NCBI GenBank assembly: GCA_964599645.1 | Contig: CAZRGQ010000005.1 | Location: forward strand, 1-61,265 | Direction of reading: 5' to 3' | Length of the DNA stretch: 61,265 nucleotides | Source of the DNA: an uncultured Lentisphaerales bacterium | GTDB taxonomy: Bacteria; Verrucomicrobiota; Kiritimatiellia; RFP12; JAAYLN01 | Shown here: positions 9,239 through 19,251 of the stretch, piece after piece | Layout of the letters: each line of letters opens with the position of its first letter | How positions within the stretch are numbered: the first letter of the stretch is position 1 | Program-made: the position numbers and the translations under genes | The notes under the pieces: model-generated | Seen by the model: only the letters and a program-made list of their open reading frames with translations | Told to the model about the DNA's origin: nothing | Databases searched by the model: none

Positions 9239-10996
9239 CTATTCACGCTCGCGCAGCATCTCCAGCCAGATGGCGGCGGTTTCACGCACCCCGACTGAGG
9301 AGTCGGGCGAGTTAGCTGCCTCATCAAAGCAGTCAAAAGCCGCTTCACGGTTGCACTCGGTACGGTAATAAATCTCCCCCAGCCGCAGGTTGAGCGCCTG
9401 ACGCTCGGAGGCGCTGGCGGCACGATTACGCCGCAGAGTGAGAATCCGCGCATGGTGCGCTGCAAACTTGGGAGCGCATTCCAGTGGTGTTCGGCAACGG
9501 TACGCGCCATGCTCCAAACTGGAGGATCTTCTGCAGTCATCGCTGCGCCCTTGCCGCTGTAGCGGTTGCCGTTGATGGCAAAGGCCAACTGGTAGTAGGA
9601 GCCGATGCCTTTGAGGTCGCCATCGACAAACATCTCAATCGTGGGGCCCACCAGACTGCTCCAGTCGCAGGCGCCGGGCACCGCCGGGTATTTGCCGGCC
9701 TCAAATCCGGCACGGGCGTCCGGCAGCGCGAGCCGGAAGGCGAGATAGAGGTTCTCCTTGTCATGCAACAGCCGGACAGAGGTTTCACGGTGTGGCGGTT
9801 TGGTGGCATCGCTGATTCTGGTGAAGGCAGGTATCACGGCGGCCGACTGCCACTCTGCCGTCGTGGGATCACCGCTCAGGGGGGCCTTGGCCACCTGTGG
9901 CACCGCCAGTGTGATCCGCTCCGGCGCTTTAATCGCCTCATCAATCATCTCCAGCATGCGGTCGCGGTGCAGCTCGATCAGACGCCGGGAGCCGGGATGC
10001 TGCGCCAGCTTGAGGGCCTCATCAAGCTCCCGGCGCACAAAGTCGGTCAATCCCTTGTCGATAATGTAGTGCTTGCAGGCCGAGATCGGATCGTCATTCC
10101 AGTAGCAGCCGGCCGGATCACTGCGGTAGTTCTCGCCCAGGCGTTCAAAGTAGCGGATCATCGGCGCAGCCGCCTCGCGATAGGCACGGCGGCAATATTC
10201 GCGCCGTGCCTGCTGGACATCGATCCCGGGATTCCACATTAGGCGTGATATGACCCAGAACTCGATCGCCGAGATATCAAACTGCCAGCGGGTGACGCCG
10301 CTGTCGTGTGCGGGAGCATCGAGATAGACCCCCTGGAGGTCACTGCCATAAAACTTGAAGTCTTGTTGCGCCACCTCGGCAATTGCATGGTAGAAGCGCG
10401 GCGTGGTCGAGCAGAGGTAGTACTCATAGAGCGCCGTCAGCGGAATGCCGGCCGCCCGGAAACGCTCCACCTTGTCGTGCCAACGCTCGTTGATAGTGGT
10501 GTCGAAGACAGGGCGTTTATGGTTTTTGATGTAAGGGCAGTAGGAGGTGACAAAACCGGCGCGCGGTTTGACGGCCGACGGCTCTGTCAGGAAGAGGTAG
10601 GCACGGGTAGTGAGCGGCTTCAGCTCCGGGAAACGCTCTGTCAGGTAGTCGGAGACGGCGTTGACGAAGAGGGTATACTGGGTGGAGCGGAAGTTGGCAT
10701 CTTCCGGCTTCACCTCACCACCATCCGGCAGTGGAATAGGAGCCTGACAGAGGTCGCATTCACAGAGCCCCCAGTTGTCGCCCTCGATGATACTGTGCAG
10801 CGCCGCTGATGCGTCCCAACCAGTTGGTCAGCTCGCTGGCGGCATATTCAAGCTGCCGCTGCGGTTGTGCCAGATCCAGTACGATCTCGACCTGTGCTAC
10901 CCCCTCCTCCACCAGCGTCAGGGGCGCAGCTTGAGAAGTGGCCGCAATGGCGGCGCCAAGGGCGCCAAGCGCACAACAAATCAACTCTCTTTTCAT
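9239..10996 (-). pseudogene. Disrupted DUF4838-like secreted glycan-active gene with a CBM9-like region, fused to a fragment of another gene
   Basis: Signal peptide plus AASELTNWLGRISGA N-terminus (10996-10800) jumps out of frame near 10797 to SIIEGDNWGLCECDLC...; a second frame switch near 9478 leads into a TPR-like C-terminal fragment ending at 9239. Confidence 0.65.
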
Positions 10997-11017
10997 CGTC
11001 TATTCTCTTTTCCAACC

Positions 11018-12010
11018 TTAAGGTCTGGCGGCAGGTGGTGGTCCACACGACTCACGCACAATAAGCGCTTTGTCCAACAGCAGATGTTTGACCGGTGCCA
11101 ACGGCTGTTTCAAGCGCCGCCACAACAGCTCGGTCAACTGCCGGGCAATTTCGTCCGTCGGAGTGCCCAGCGTCGTCAGCGGCGGATTGGTGAGCGACCC
11201 GATCGAGACGCCATCAAAGCCGATCACTGAGAGCTCCTGCGGCACCCGCAGACCGAAGCAGCCCGCTACCGAAAGCGCCTGCATCGCCACGGTATCGTTA
11301 CGACAGAGCAGAGCCGTGGGACGTTGCGCAGGCGGCAACGACAGCAGTTCGCCGATGCCCTCGCATGTCTTTGCCAGATAGTTGATCTCCTTGGAGTCAG
11401 AAACCCAGAGCAGCGGTTCAACGTTTACATACCCGGCCAAGACCTGATTTACATTCGCTTCCTGCTCCTCCCGGTTCATGTTGATCATGCCGAGGCGCCG
11501 ATGCCCCAACTCCAACAGATAGATGAGGGCATTGCGTACCGCCCCCTTGCCATCACGACAGATGGAGTCGTGTTGCGGGTTACAATTCTCAAAAGTCACG
11601 ACAGGAATCTCTGCCGGCACCCCTGACAGATCTTCATGGCAGGTGATAATGCCATCGACACCGCGTGAAATAACACTTTGAAAGGCGGCGTCGACGTCAT
11701 CAAGAGAGTTCCAGAAGGCGGCCACACCGGCGTAACGCCGCTTTGTCAGGCGCGCCTGCAGCACGGTGAGCAACTCCGCATAGAGCAGCTCGTTGGGGTT
11801 GTGCAGCAAGAGACCGATGGTGTAGTGTTTGCGTGTGCGCAGAGCACGGGCGGTCAGGTTGGGTCGATAACCGAGCCGGTCGGCCATCTTCTTGACACGT
11901 TCTTCCGTAGTGCGGCTGATGCCGCCGGCTGTCGCCTTGTTGGAGAGGACGGTCGAAACCGTCGCTATACTGACTCCAAGTGCTTCGGCTATATCGCGCT
12001 GACTTACCAT
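11018..12010 (-). CDS. LacI family transcriptional regulator
   Basis: N-terminal HTH (VSQRDIAEALGVSIATVSTVL, GYRPN) and sugar-binding domain ending LIVRESCG. Confidence 0.95.
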   Translation of the reverse strand: MVSQRDIAEALGVSIATVSTVLSNKATAGGISRTTEERVKKMADRLGYRPNLTARALRTRKHYTIGLLLHNPNELLYAELLTVLQARLTKRRYAGVAAFWNSLDDVDAAFQSVISRGVDGIITCHEDLSGVPAEIPVVTFENCNPQHDSICRDGKGAVRNALIYLLELGHRRLGMINMNREEQEANVNQVLAGYVNVEPLLWVSDSKEINYLAKTCEGIGELLSLPPAQRPTALLCRNDTVAMQALSVAGCFGLRVPQELSVIGFDGVSIGSLTNPPLTTLGTPTDEIARQLTELLWRRLKQPLAPVKHLLLDKALIVRESCGPPPAARP

Positions 12011-12032
12011 AATTAGATCTCAACTTTCTGCA

Positions 12033-14834
12033 TCATTTAAACTGCAACAGAACATCTCGAATTTCTCCAGGGTTATTAACCTTTGCTTCATGCCAATGCC
12101 CAAACCCCTTGTGCTCATTTACGGCGGAAACCCACTCCTGCAAGTAGTGCTGCTTGACCCTGCTTGCTTCCGTCTCTTGCCCCTTAGTTTCGAGCACTAG
12201 CATATCTCCATTACTCAACCTGACTAGGAAATCAGGTCTGTATTTCTTAACAACACCCTCATGCAAGTAGAGTATTTCAAATCCCAAATGGTCATTTTTT
12301 ACCCATGATTCGACTCTATCACTGTTATCCAACATAAATGCATCTGCGACCTCCCAAGTGCTGTCATAAACACAGACATTAATATGTGACTTCTTTGTGC
12401 GCTGACAAGGCTTTCCCGTGTACCATGTACGCATGTCACCCGTTGAGCACACAGGCCTGTCCCGATCGAACACCAGCAGGTTACGCTCTGTGTTCGTTTT
12501 CTTTACTGCCTCAAAGACATAATTTACAACCCGTGACATGTTAAGGGTAATAATCAGACGGCGGCGCAAATCATCCTGATAAAACAACGGCGGCGCAATG
12601 TTTATGTGATCTGTCCTGATAAAATCTTCAACAATTCTAACTAACTGTGCCAATAAAACCTCACGGTTGCCTTCCCAAGCTTGCTTCATTTGATCAAAGA
12701 CATCACGTGCCGCCTCAAATACTATTCGTTGTTTCCTGAATTTACGCGCCAATTTTTCCAGCTCGATACGATCAATCTCCGAGACATTGGGTTTTCCATC
12801 TATAATTGGTGCCATTTCAGCAATTTGAACCGTTTGTGATGCATCCAGTTCCAAAGGCTTGACCCTTGTCCAATCCAACTCAAGCACTGGCTGAAAAACC
12901 TTGTCTATTCTGACAATATTCGGCCACTGTATTTCATGCTTTATCTTGGCTTTGTCCGGCTCTACTGCTGTTTTCGGCTCTGGCGGTGGCTGCGGCCCAC
13001 CCTCTCCGCTCTCATGAGGCAAGAATGTAAACGGCACTCCAAAAATGTTTACATATTCCGGTCTGAACAATCCACTCTCTTTATCTACCTCATAAGATGT
13101 GCGGCGTAAGCCACGCCCCACCACCTGCTCACACAGTAGTTGTGATGTAAAAGCTCTCAACCCCATTATATGTGTAACCGTTTTGGCATCCCATCCCTCC
13201 GAGAGCATCCCCACAGAGATTACGTTTCTTACTTGTTCACCAGCCTCTCCTGCTTTGCCAACTGTGTCAACTATATGGCGCAGCCTCTCTGCCTGCTCAC
13301 CTTTGGTTAATTGAACAGGTGCTTCCTCCTCATCATCAAAAACAGGAATATTGATCACATTGCTGCCATCTTCGACACCCTCAGCTTGCCCAAGCACCTT
13401 TGAATCAATATGCAACAAGTAGCTTTTGTCGCACAGTTCATCAATGTGGATACGCTTCGATTCAAAGGCATGACGCACCCTGGCGGCTGTCTCAGTACGG
13501 TTTGCCACCGTAATCATGACAGGCGGTGTCTTGAGTCCCGCATCGCTCCAAGCCTTAAAAGCCTCTAACCAATCCAACCCAAGCAGGTAATAGGCGTTTA
13601 GCACCAAGTCAGGCAATGGCTCTTCAGCTTTTGCCTGACGGTTAAGATCATCTTTAACCTCTGGGTCATTATAGATATGATATAAACGTGATTTATATGT
13701 CTTGGCATCGGGCACAGCATCATCACGTACAACAACACGCGGGGTCTTGACCAAGCCTGACTCAATCGCGTCATTCAAGCCAAAGTCGCTGACAATCCAT
13801 CCAAATAAAGCCTCCTCGCTGCTTTTTTTGCCTGATGGCGTAAACGGTGTGGCTGAAAAGTCATAACAAGTCAGAATACCACGGGTTCGATGCAAACGAT
13901 CCAGGCCGCCAATCCAAACCGTTGCTTCCTCGGCACTGTCCTTTAAATCGCGGGTTCGATAGTACTTGCCCTCAGCCTCCCAATTGACCCGCCATGCATG
14001 ATGCGCCTCATCGTTTATGACCAGCAAATTTTGTGCGTTTGCCATGTCGCCAAGAATTTCACGTGTATAAGCCTCATCACTCTTGACACCACGTTTGTCA
14101 ACACTGCGCTTTTTCTTAATCTGCTCTTCACTATCCCACGACAGCGCATGCCAATTGCGTATGATAATCTTGCTCTGATGCAACTTTTCAAACAGTGCCG
14201 ATGGCACAACGTTAAATGCAGCATAATAATTATCCTCAGCCGAAGGCTGTAAAACCCCCAAGCGCTTGCGCACAGTCAAACCCGGCGCAATAATCAAAAC
14301 ATTCTTGGAAAACCGGGCATCTTGAGGTGAGGCAACCTTGTTTAATACCTGCCAGGCAATTACCAGTGCCATAACAATCGTCTTGCCTGAGCCTGTTGCC
14401 ATTTTACAGCATTGGCGTACAAAATCGCCTCCATCGCCAGGAATCTCAATACCTGTTTTATCTGCACTACTTGCCTCACAAAGCCAAATCAAAGTTTCTA
14501 TGGCTTCAAGCTGACAGAAGAAGAAGCGCCTTTGGTCAAACTCCTCAGGGCTTTGCCAGTGCAACAGGAGGCGTTTTGTGATAGCGGTAACCCCGGGGTA
14601 CCCAGCCTCGCGCCACGCTTTAACCCGTGACCTGATCGCATTTACCAGAGGTATCTCCACAAAGTGCCCCGGGTCATCATGCGTCTTGGATGCCTGTGAA
14701 GCTACGATGTACCCGGCTGGTCTTCTGCCCTCTTCCAATTTGAAGGATTGAGTCTCGCGCACATACTTCCAGTATTGTAACGGCTCAACATAGGGTGAGT
14801 TGATTATCAAACGGTCTATTTTTGTATGTGCCAT
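12033..14834 (-). CDS. res: Type III restriction endonuclease Res subunit (SF2 helicase plus PD-(D/E)xK nuclease)
   Basis: KMATGSGKT Walker A, DEAH box, EQVVGRGLR, C-terminal PDFLVR...LETKG. Likely ATG at 14834 overlaps the upstream TGA (TGATG); the ORF track starts at 14852. Confidence 0.9.
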   Translation of the reverse strand: MAHTKIDRLIINSPYVEPLQYWKYVRETQSFKLEEGRRPAGYIVASQASKTHDDPGHFVEIPLVNAIRSRVKAWREAGYPGVTAITKRLLLHWQSPEEFDQRRFFFCQLEAIETLIWLCEASSADKTGIEIPGDGGDFVRQCCKMATGSGKTIVMALVIAWQVLNKVASPQDARFSKNVLIIAPGLTVRKRLGVLQPSAEDNYYAAFNVVPSALFEKLHQSKIIIRNWHALSWDSEEQIKKKRSVDKRGVKSDEAYTREILGDMANAQNLLVINDEAHHAWRVNWEAEGKYYRTRDLKDSAEEATVWIGGLDRLHRTRGILTCYDFSATPFTPSGKKSSEEALFGWIVSDFGLNDAIESGLVKTPRVVVRDDAVPDAKTYKSRLYHIYNDPEVKDDLNRQAKAEEPLPDLVLNAYYLLGLDWLEAFKAWSDAGLKTPPVMITVANRTETAARVRHAFESKRIHIDELCDKSYLLHIDSKVLGQAEGVEDGSNVINIPVFDDEEEAPVQLTKGEQAERLRHIVDTVGKAGEAGEQVRNVISVGMLSEGWDAKTVTHIMGLRAFTSQLLCEQVVGRGLRRTSYEVDKESGLFRPEYVNIFGVPFTFLPHESGEGGPQPPPEPKTAVEPDKAKIKHEIQWPNIVRIDKVFQPVLELDWTRVKPLELDASQTVQIAEMAPIIDGKPNVSEIDRIELEKLARKFRKQRIVFEAARDVFDQMKQAWEGNREVLLAQLVRIVEDFIRTDHINIAPPLFYQDDLRRRLIITLNMSRVVNYVFEAVKKTNTERNLLVFDRDRPVCSTGDMRTWYTGKPCQRTKKSHINVCVYDSTWEVADAFMLDNSDRVESWVKNDHLGFEILYLHEGVVKKYRPDFLVRLSNGDMLVLETKGQETEASRVKQHYLQEWVSAVNEHKGFGHWHEAKVNNPGEIRDVLLQFK

Positions 14835-15358
14835 CAATCCACCTTTTTCCATTCATAACAAACTGCCAGTTCATGTAGCATTTCAAAAGTGTCTTTATAA
14901 GTCACGTTGAATTGGCTGCATATATCAGGTATTGCAACACGCTTGTGTGATTGCGGTTGGGGCTGCTCATTGGTTACTACAGCCGCATCGTGCACCATGG
15001 CATAAGCTACCAGCCAGCCATCCGCATCAGTTGCAAATTTTGCTTTGGCATGGTCATAATACTGCGAATTGCGTTGTACCCACAACATAATCTGACTAAA
15101 AGCATTTATGACCTGCTCTGTTCCAGTATCCTCGAAAAAAGCTGGAGGCAAATCATTTTCAACCCACTGTACCAGATCGTCTGATTTACGGCCGCGTAAA
15201 AGCTCAGTCCGCACATGGTCTATGCTGCCGACAACCTCTGCTTCATGAAAATAAAGAAGGCTGTCCCAGAACCCCGGGCATATGGCAAAGGAGTAGTAGC
15301 GGTTTTTTGCCGTTATAAACACATCGGAGTCCAAGATATAAGATGCACTCTTGCTCAT
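14834..15358 (-). CDS. DUF4411 family PIN-like protein (putative RNase toxin)
   Basis: YILDSDVFI PIN-like first strand, RYYSF..CPGFW, ADGWLVAYA, VVTNE, IPDIC motifs; 174 aa. Confidence 0.8.
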   Translation of the reverse strand: MSKSASYILDSDVFITAKNRYYSFAICPGFWDSLLYFHEAEVVGSIDHVRTELLRGRKSDDLVQWVENDLPPAFFEDTGTEQVINAFSQIMLWVQRNSQYYDHAKAKFATDADGWLVAYAMVHDAAVVTNEQPQPQSHKRVAIPDICSQFNVTYKDTFEMLHELAVCYEWKKVD

Positions 15359-16506
15359 GGCAACACCACTCCCAGCCTGGATGCGTACTCTTGAAAAGCA
15401 CCACCATGCAAGCCTGTAAGATCATAGGCATCCTTGAATCCTACCCGTCCCTCTTTGGCTGCATAAAAAACCGCCAAAGCAAACTGCTCACCAAGCCGCA
15501 CATTCTGGCTGTTATAGAAGTTGCCTCCTTTGGAGCCAGCACGTTGTCTGCTTTCACGCTTTATGTAGTCTTGATAAAATTCAAAAAAGTACTCTTTGCT
15601 CACTAAAAGCAGATCCATGGCACGACGCCCTGCCACAATCGGACTGACCTTGAAGCGTCGGGCAAGATTCTCAAAAGGTGTCTCATCATATTTTATTTCA
15701 GACCAGCACTCCCTGAGTGTTTTTTCCGGCACCAGGAATTCGGCCGCCGCTTTGTTGCACCATGCTTCAATTTTTTGCTGAGGATACGCCCCAAGGTACG
15801 CATCCGAAAGCGCGCTTTCTCCCAACCAGACATGGGCCAGCTCGTGAGCCAAGGTGAACATTTGTGCCGATTTGCTGTCCGCCCCGTTGACAAATATCAG
15901 CGGTGCGTACTCATCGCAAAGCGCAAAACCGCGAAACTCATCAACATTGAGCACACGTTTTGTGTTGTTCCCCACAACCCCGTTTATGAAGGCACAAACC
16001 CCGATCTTTTCCATTGCAAGGCGCAAAGCACTGACAGCTTCCTGCCAGGTCCTTACACTTGCTGCCCACCCATCCTCAAAGCCGATTATCCGGCGCATCT
16101 CCTGTCCCACGCCCTGCGGAGAGTCTTTGACTGTGGCACTCCCCACAAACCCCAACGGTTCAGCCTCACAGGCTATCAACTCCTCACGCAGCCAGGCCTG
16201 CCGTCTCTGCATGGCATGAATTGTATCCAGCAGATTGGGGCTGGGAGAGCCTACCCACTGATTGTCCATGGTTCGCAAATCAGCCAGGTGCAACTGCTCA
16301 ACAGGGGGCTCAGGCAGGAAGAAATACCCCAGTGGCACGTATGTTGCCTTTGCATACTCTTCCAACTGCCTGAAAGTTGGCAGTGCCTCGCCCCGCTCCC
16401 AGGCTGCAAGCCGCCGGAAGCGTGTGCCGAAATCGCCAGCATCACGGTCAAGCCGCTCACGTGCCCAGCGAATCATTTCCGGTTTAACCTTAATACGCTG
16501 CACCAT
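15355..16506 (-). CDS. XRE-HTH plus ImmA/IrrE family zinc metallopeptidase
   Basis: N-terminal XRE HTH (LAAWERGEALPTFRQLEEYAK), FTLAHELAH HExxH motif, downstream EAWCNKAAAEFLVP. Confidence 0.9.
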   Translation of the reverse strand: MVQRIKVKPEMIRWARERLDRDAGDFGTRFRRLAAWERGEALPTFRQLEEYAKATYVPLGYFFLPEPPVEQLHLADLRTMDNQWVGSPSPNLLDTIHAMQRRQAWLREELIACEAEPLGFVGSATVKDSPQGVGQEMRRIIGFEDGWAASVRTWQEAVSALRLAMEKIGVCAFINGVVGNNTKRVLNVDEFRGFALCDEYAPLIFVNGADSKSAQMFTLAHELAHVWLGESALSDAYLGAYPQQKIEAWCNKAAAEFLVPEKTLRECWSEIKYDETPFENLARRFKVSPIVAGRRAMDLLLVSKEYFFEFYQDYIKRESRQRAGSKGGNFYNSQNVRLGEQFALAVFYAAKEGRVGFKDAYDLTGLHGGAFQEYASRLGVVLP

Positions 16507-16508
16507 GC

Positions 16509-19154
16509 CTACATCTCCAGTATCTTTAAACTCTCAATACCTCGGTCATCCACAATTTTGACCGCTACCCGTTTGTATTTGCCTGGTTCAAAGGGCAGGG
16601 ATATCGTGCCGCGATAAGCCTCAATCAGATCATCGTCTATCTCGGCACTCAGATTCTTTGCCAGACGTGACCACCCCTCTTTTTCCCCTGCCATCGGGAA
16701 AAACACCTGTCTGGGATACAAGCTGCGGCCATCGTAATCGGTGTCCAGCATCCAGACCGCAATCTGGCTCTCATCACCCGACTCTATTTCACCTGTTTTG
16801 GTGTTGTAGTAGTCAAAGCCATGTACCTCGACCTCCCATTTATCACGGTCAGCACCGCGGGTAATGCGGCGTAGCATAACATCCGGCTGGCCAATCAGCC
16901 AGAATGACTCATTGCTGGCACGCTTTTTCTTGAGATCATCGGTCAGTAGGTCGGCATTCATCTGTGCTTTCAGCAGTGTCACACCCGGCCAGTTAATTTC
17001 ATCAATATCTTTGGCAGCTTCCGGGTCAAACTGGAAAGCTGCAAAGACAATCAACCGCGGTTTGGGCACCAGCGTCTGCGCCTCCTCAATCGCCTGGGCA
17101 ACTTGACGCTGCTCCAAAGGCGCATGATCCGGCCCAAATGAGACCACCACCCGTTGCGCCTCAGCCGCAGCGCCCTCCCTGACCCTGTCATGCCCATCTT
17201 TGTTGGGCCTGCTCTCGCCATCAGCATGTAGCCAGCGGCAACCCGGCAAAGGCTCCAGACGCGCAAACTTGATATGCTGCCCGGCCTTGGCCCTGATGCC
17301 GGTACGCAGCAACTCATCCCGCCAGTCGCCTTGCCGCAGCGTTTCACCACTGCGGGCAATTGTAGATGCGAAGTGCCCAGTCTGCTCCTGATCATAGAGA
17401 TTGTCGCTGCTGCCACCATACTCCAGAATATTGTCCAGCGACTTCACTGCCGCTGCCGGCACCGCCTCTACCGTAAAAGGTCCGCTGACCCGCGTCTTTT
17501 TTTTGTCAACCAGTGGTTGGTCGTAAAGCACTTCCTGCGGTGCATGACGCGCAATCGCTGCATCAATTGCCGCTTGTGACATCCCCTCTTTTATATCGGG
17601 ATTGTTGGCAATTGACTTGAGTGTTACATGCGGCACCGTTTTATACTTGAAGCCGCTCCCCACTCCTTCATTCGGGTGCGCCAGTTCAAAGTAGTCATAT
17701 ACCCCGGTCATCAAACGCTGCTTTGCCAAGGTCAACGCCACCCGCGATGTGTCACAGGTAATCCAGCGCCTGCCCCACTGCTCAGCCACAAAGGCAGTCG
17801 TACCACTACCACAGGTCGGGTCAAAAACCAGATCACCAGGATCGGTTGTCATGAGAAGGCAGCGCTGTACAGCAAGATTGCCGGTTTGAACTACATATAT
17901 TTTTTGTGTGAATGTTCCTATTACAGTGTCATCCCACACGCTATTAATTGGCATAACAGGAAAATCAGTTTCATAGCGTTTGTATGCGAGAGTTTTACCT
18001 TGTGATATGATACGATTTGCATTTGCTAGAGTCCTCATACCGGCTTCATTAGTTGACCAATGTCGGCCTTGTGAAGGAAGAAAAAGTTGTCCATCAAATT
18101 CAAAATTAAAAGAACCGCTAGCTGTTTCGCCTTGTCCAGAAATATCCGATGCTCGAAACCTACGTCCTTTTGGCAATTCGACTTCGCCACGCATTTCTTC
18201 ACCTGATAACCTTCGACAATTTCCTGCCTCTAGTTCTAACCAAGAAAAAGTACCCAGTTCAGTTCTTTCTTTTTTTGCTACAAACAACTGACGGTATTTT
18301 ATTTTATTTTTATCTTTTGCGTACCATAATAGGTAATCAAAATTACTAGATAATAAGCTACCTGAAAAGCTAGCCGTTTTAATGAACGCAATTAGACTAA
18401 TAAAGTTTTTTGCCCCAAACACCTCATCCAGCAGCTCCCGTACATGGTGTACGTTTTCATCGCTGATCTGGACAAAGATGCTGCCGCTCTCGGTCAACAG
18501 CTCTCTTGCCAGCAGCAAACGGTCACGCAGGTAGGTCAGATAGGAGTGGATGCCCAGCTCCCAGGTGTCGCGGAAAGCCTTGATCTGCTCCGGCTCGGCA
18601 GTCAGGTCCTCATCACGCCCCTCTCGCACATCGCGCTTGTTGACAAAGGGCTGGAAGTTGGAGCCATACTTGATGCCATAAGGCGGATCCAGATAGACCA
18701 TCTGCACCTTGCCTGCCATCCCCTCTTTTTCCAGCAGGGAATTCATCACCAGCAGGCTGTCGCCTGCCACCATGCGGTTACTCCAGCCATGCGCGTGTTT
18801 GTAAAAGTCAATAGCCTGACGCAGCGGCTCATCACGCTCCACATCAAACAGCAGCATCTGCGCCGCGTCCTTGCTGCCATTGCGCTTTTTGACCGCCTCC
18901 ATAATGCTACGCGGGTCAATACGCTCATGCACATGTAAAGAGACAGTTGGCACCTCAAAAGAGGTGTGCTCACTCTTGCCCGCCCATTGCAACTGCGGAT
19001 CAAGGTGCGGGTCATAGGCATAACTCCTCGAAGCCCCGGCATCAGGGTCAGTATCAGGTGTTACCAATCCCACCGGAGGGTTATTGACCCGCTCTTTGTC
19101 CTTGTGCTCATACGACTCTATGGGACGCTTGGCACTCTCTCTTCTTCTAGCCAT
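16509..19154 (-). CDS. mod: Type III R-M adenine methyltransferase Mod subunit (beta class) with long C-terminal extension
   Basis: DPPY motif IV precedes FDPTCGSGTT motif I, with a variable TRD between them; 881 aa. Confidence 0.92.
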   Translation of the reverse strand: MARRRESAKRPIESYEHKDKERVNNPPVGLVTPDTDPDAGASRSYAYDPHLDPQLQWAGKSEHTSFEVPTVSLHVHERIDPRSIMEAVKKRNGSKDAAQMLLFDVERDEPLRQAIDFYKHAHGWSNRMVAGDSLLVMNSLLEKEGMAGKVQMVYLDPPYGIKYGSNFQPFVNKRDVREGRDEDLTAEPEQIKAFRDTWELGIHSYLTYLRDRLLLARELLTESGSIFVQISDENVHHVRELLDEVFGAKNFISLIAFIKTASFSGSLLSSNFDYLLWYAKDKNKIKYRQLFVAKKERTELGTFSWLELEAGNCRRLSGEEMRGEVELPKGRRFRASDISGQGETASGSFNFEFDGQLFLPSQGRHWSTNEAGMRTLANANRIISQGKTLAYKRYETDFPVMPINSVWDDTVIGTFTQKIYVVQTGNLAVQRCLLMTTDPGDLVFDPTCGSGTTAFVAEQWGRRWITCDTSRVALTLAKQRLMTGVYDYFELAHPNEGVGSGFKYKTVPHVTLKSIANNPDIKEGMSQAAIDAAIARHAPQEVLYDQPLVDKKKTRVSGPFTVEAVPAAAVKSLDNILEYGGSSDNLYDQEQTGHFASTIARSGETLRQGDWRDELLRTGIRAKAGQHIKFARLEPLPGCRWLHADGESRPNKDGHDRVREGAAAEAQRVVVSFGPDHAPLEQRQVAQAIEEAQTLVPKPRLIVFAAFQFDPEAAKDIDEINWPGVTLLKAQMNADLLTDDLKKKRASNESFWLIGQPDVMLRRITRGADRDKWEVEVHGFDYYNTKTGEIESGDESQIAVWMLDTDYDGRSLYPRQVFFPMAGEKEGWSRLAKNLSAEIDDDLIEAYRGTISLPFEPGKYKRVAVKIVDDRGIESLKILEM

Positions 19155-19251
19155 GATAACCTTTAAAATTAGTAAGCTGCTTCAAGCCCTGTCCCATACG
19201 CATTTTACATGTGGGTAACGCCAAAAAGTCTTGCACAAAACATCTTTAATG

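Noticed and set aside
12011-19173. att sites or an integrative element bounding the R-M island
   Set aside because: Only a 6-bp AATTAG match is found at both ends, with no integrase, transposase or tRNA target.
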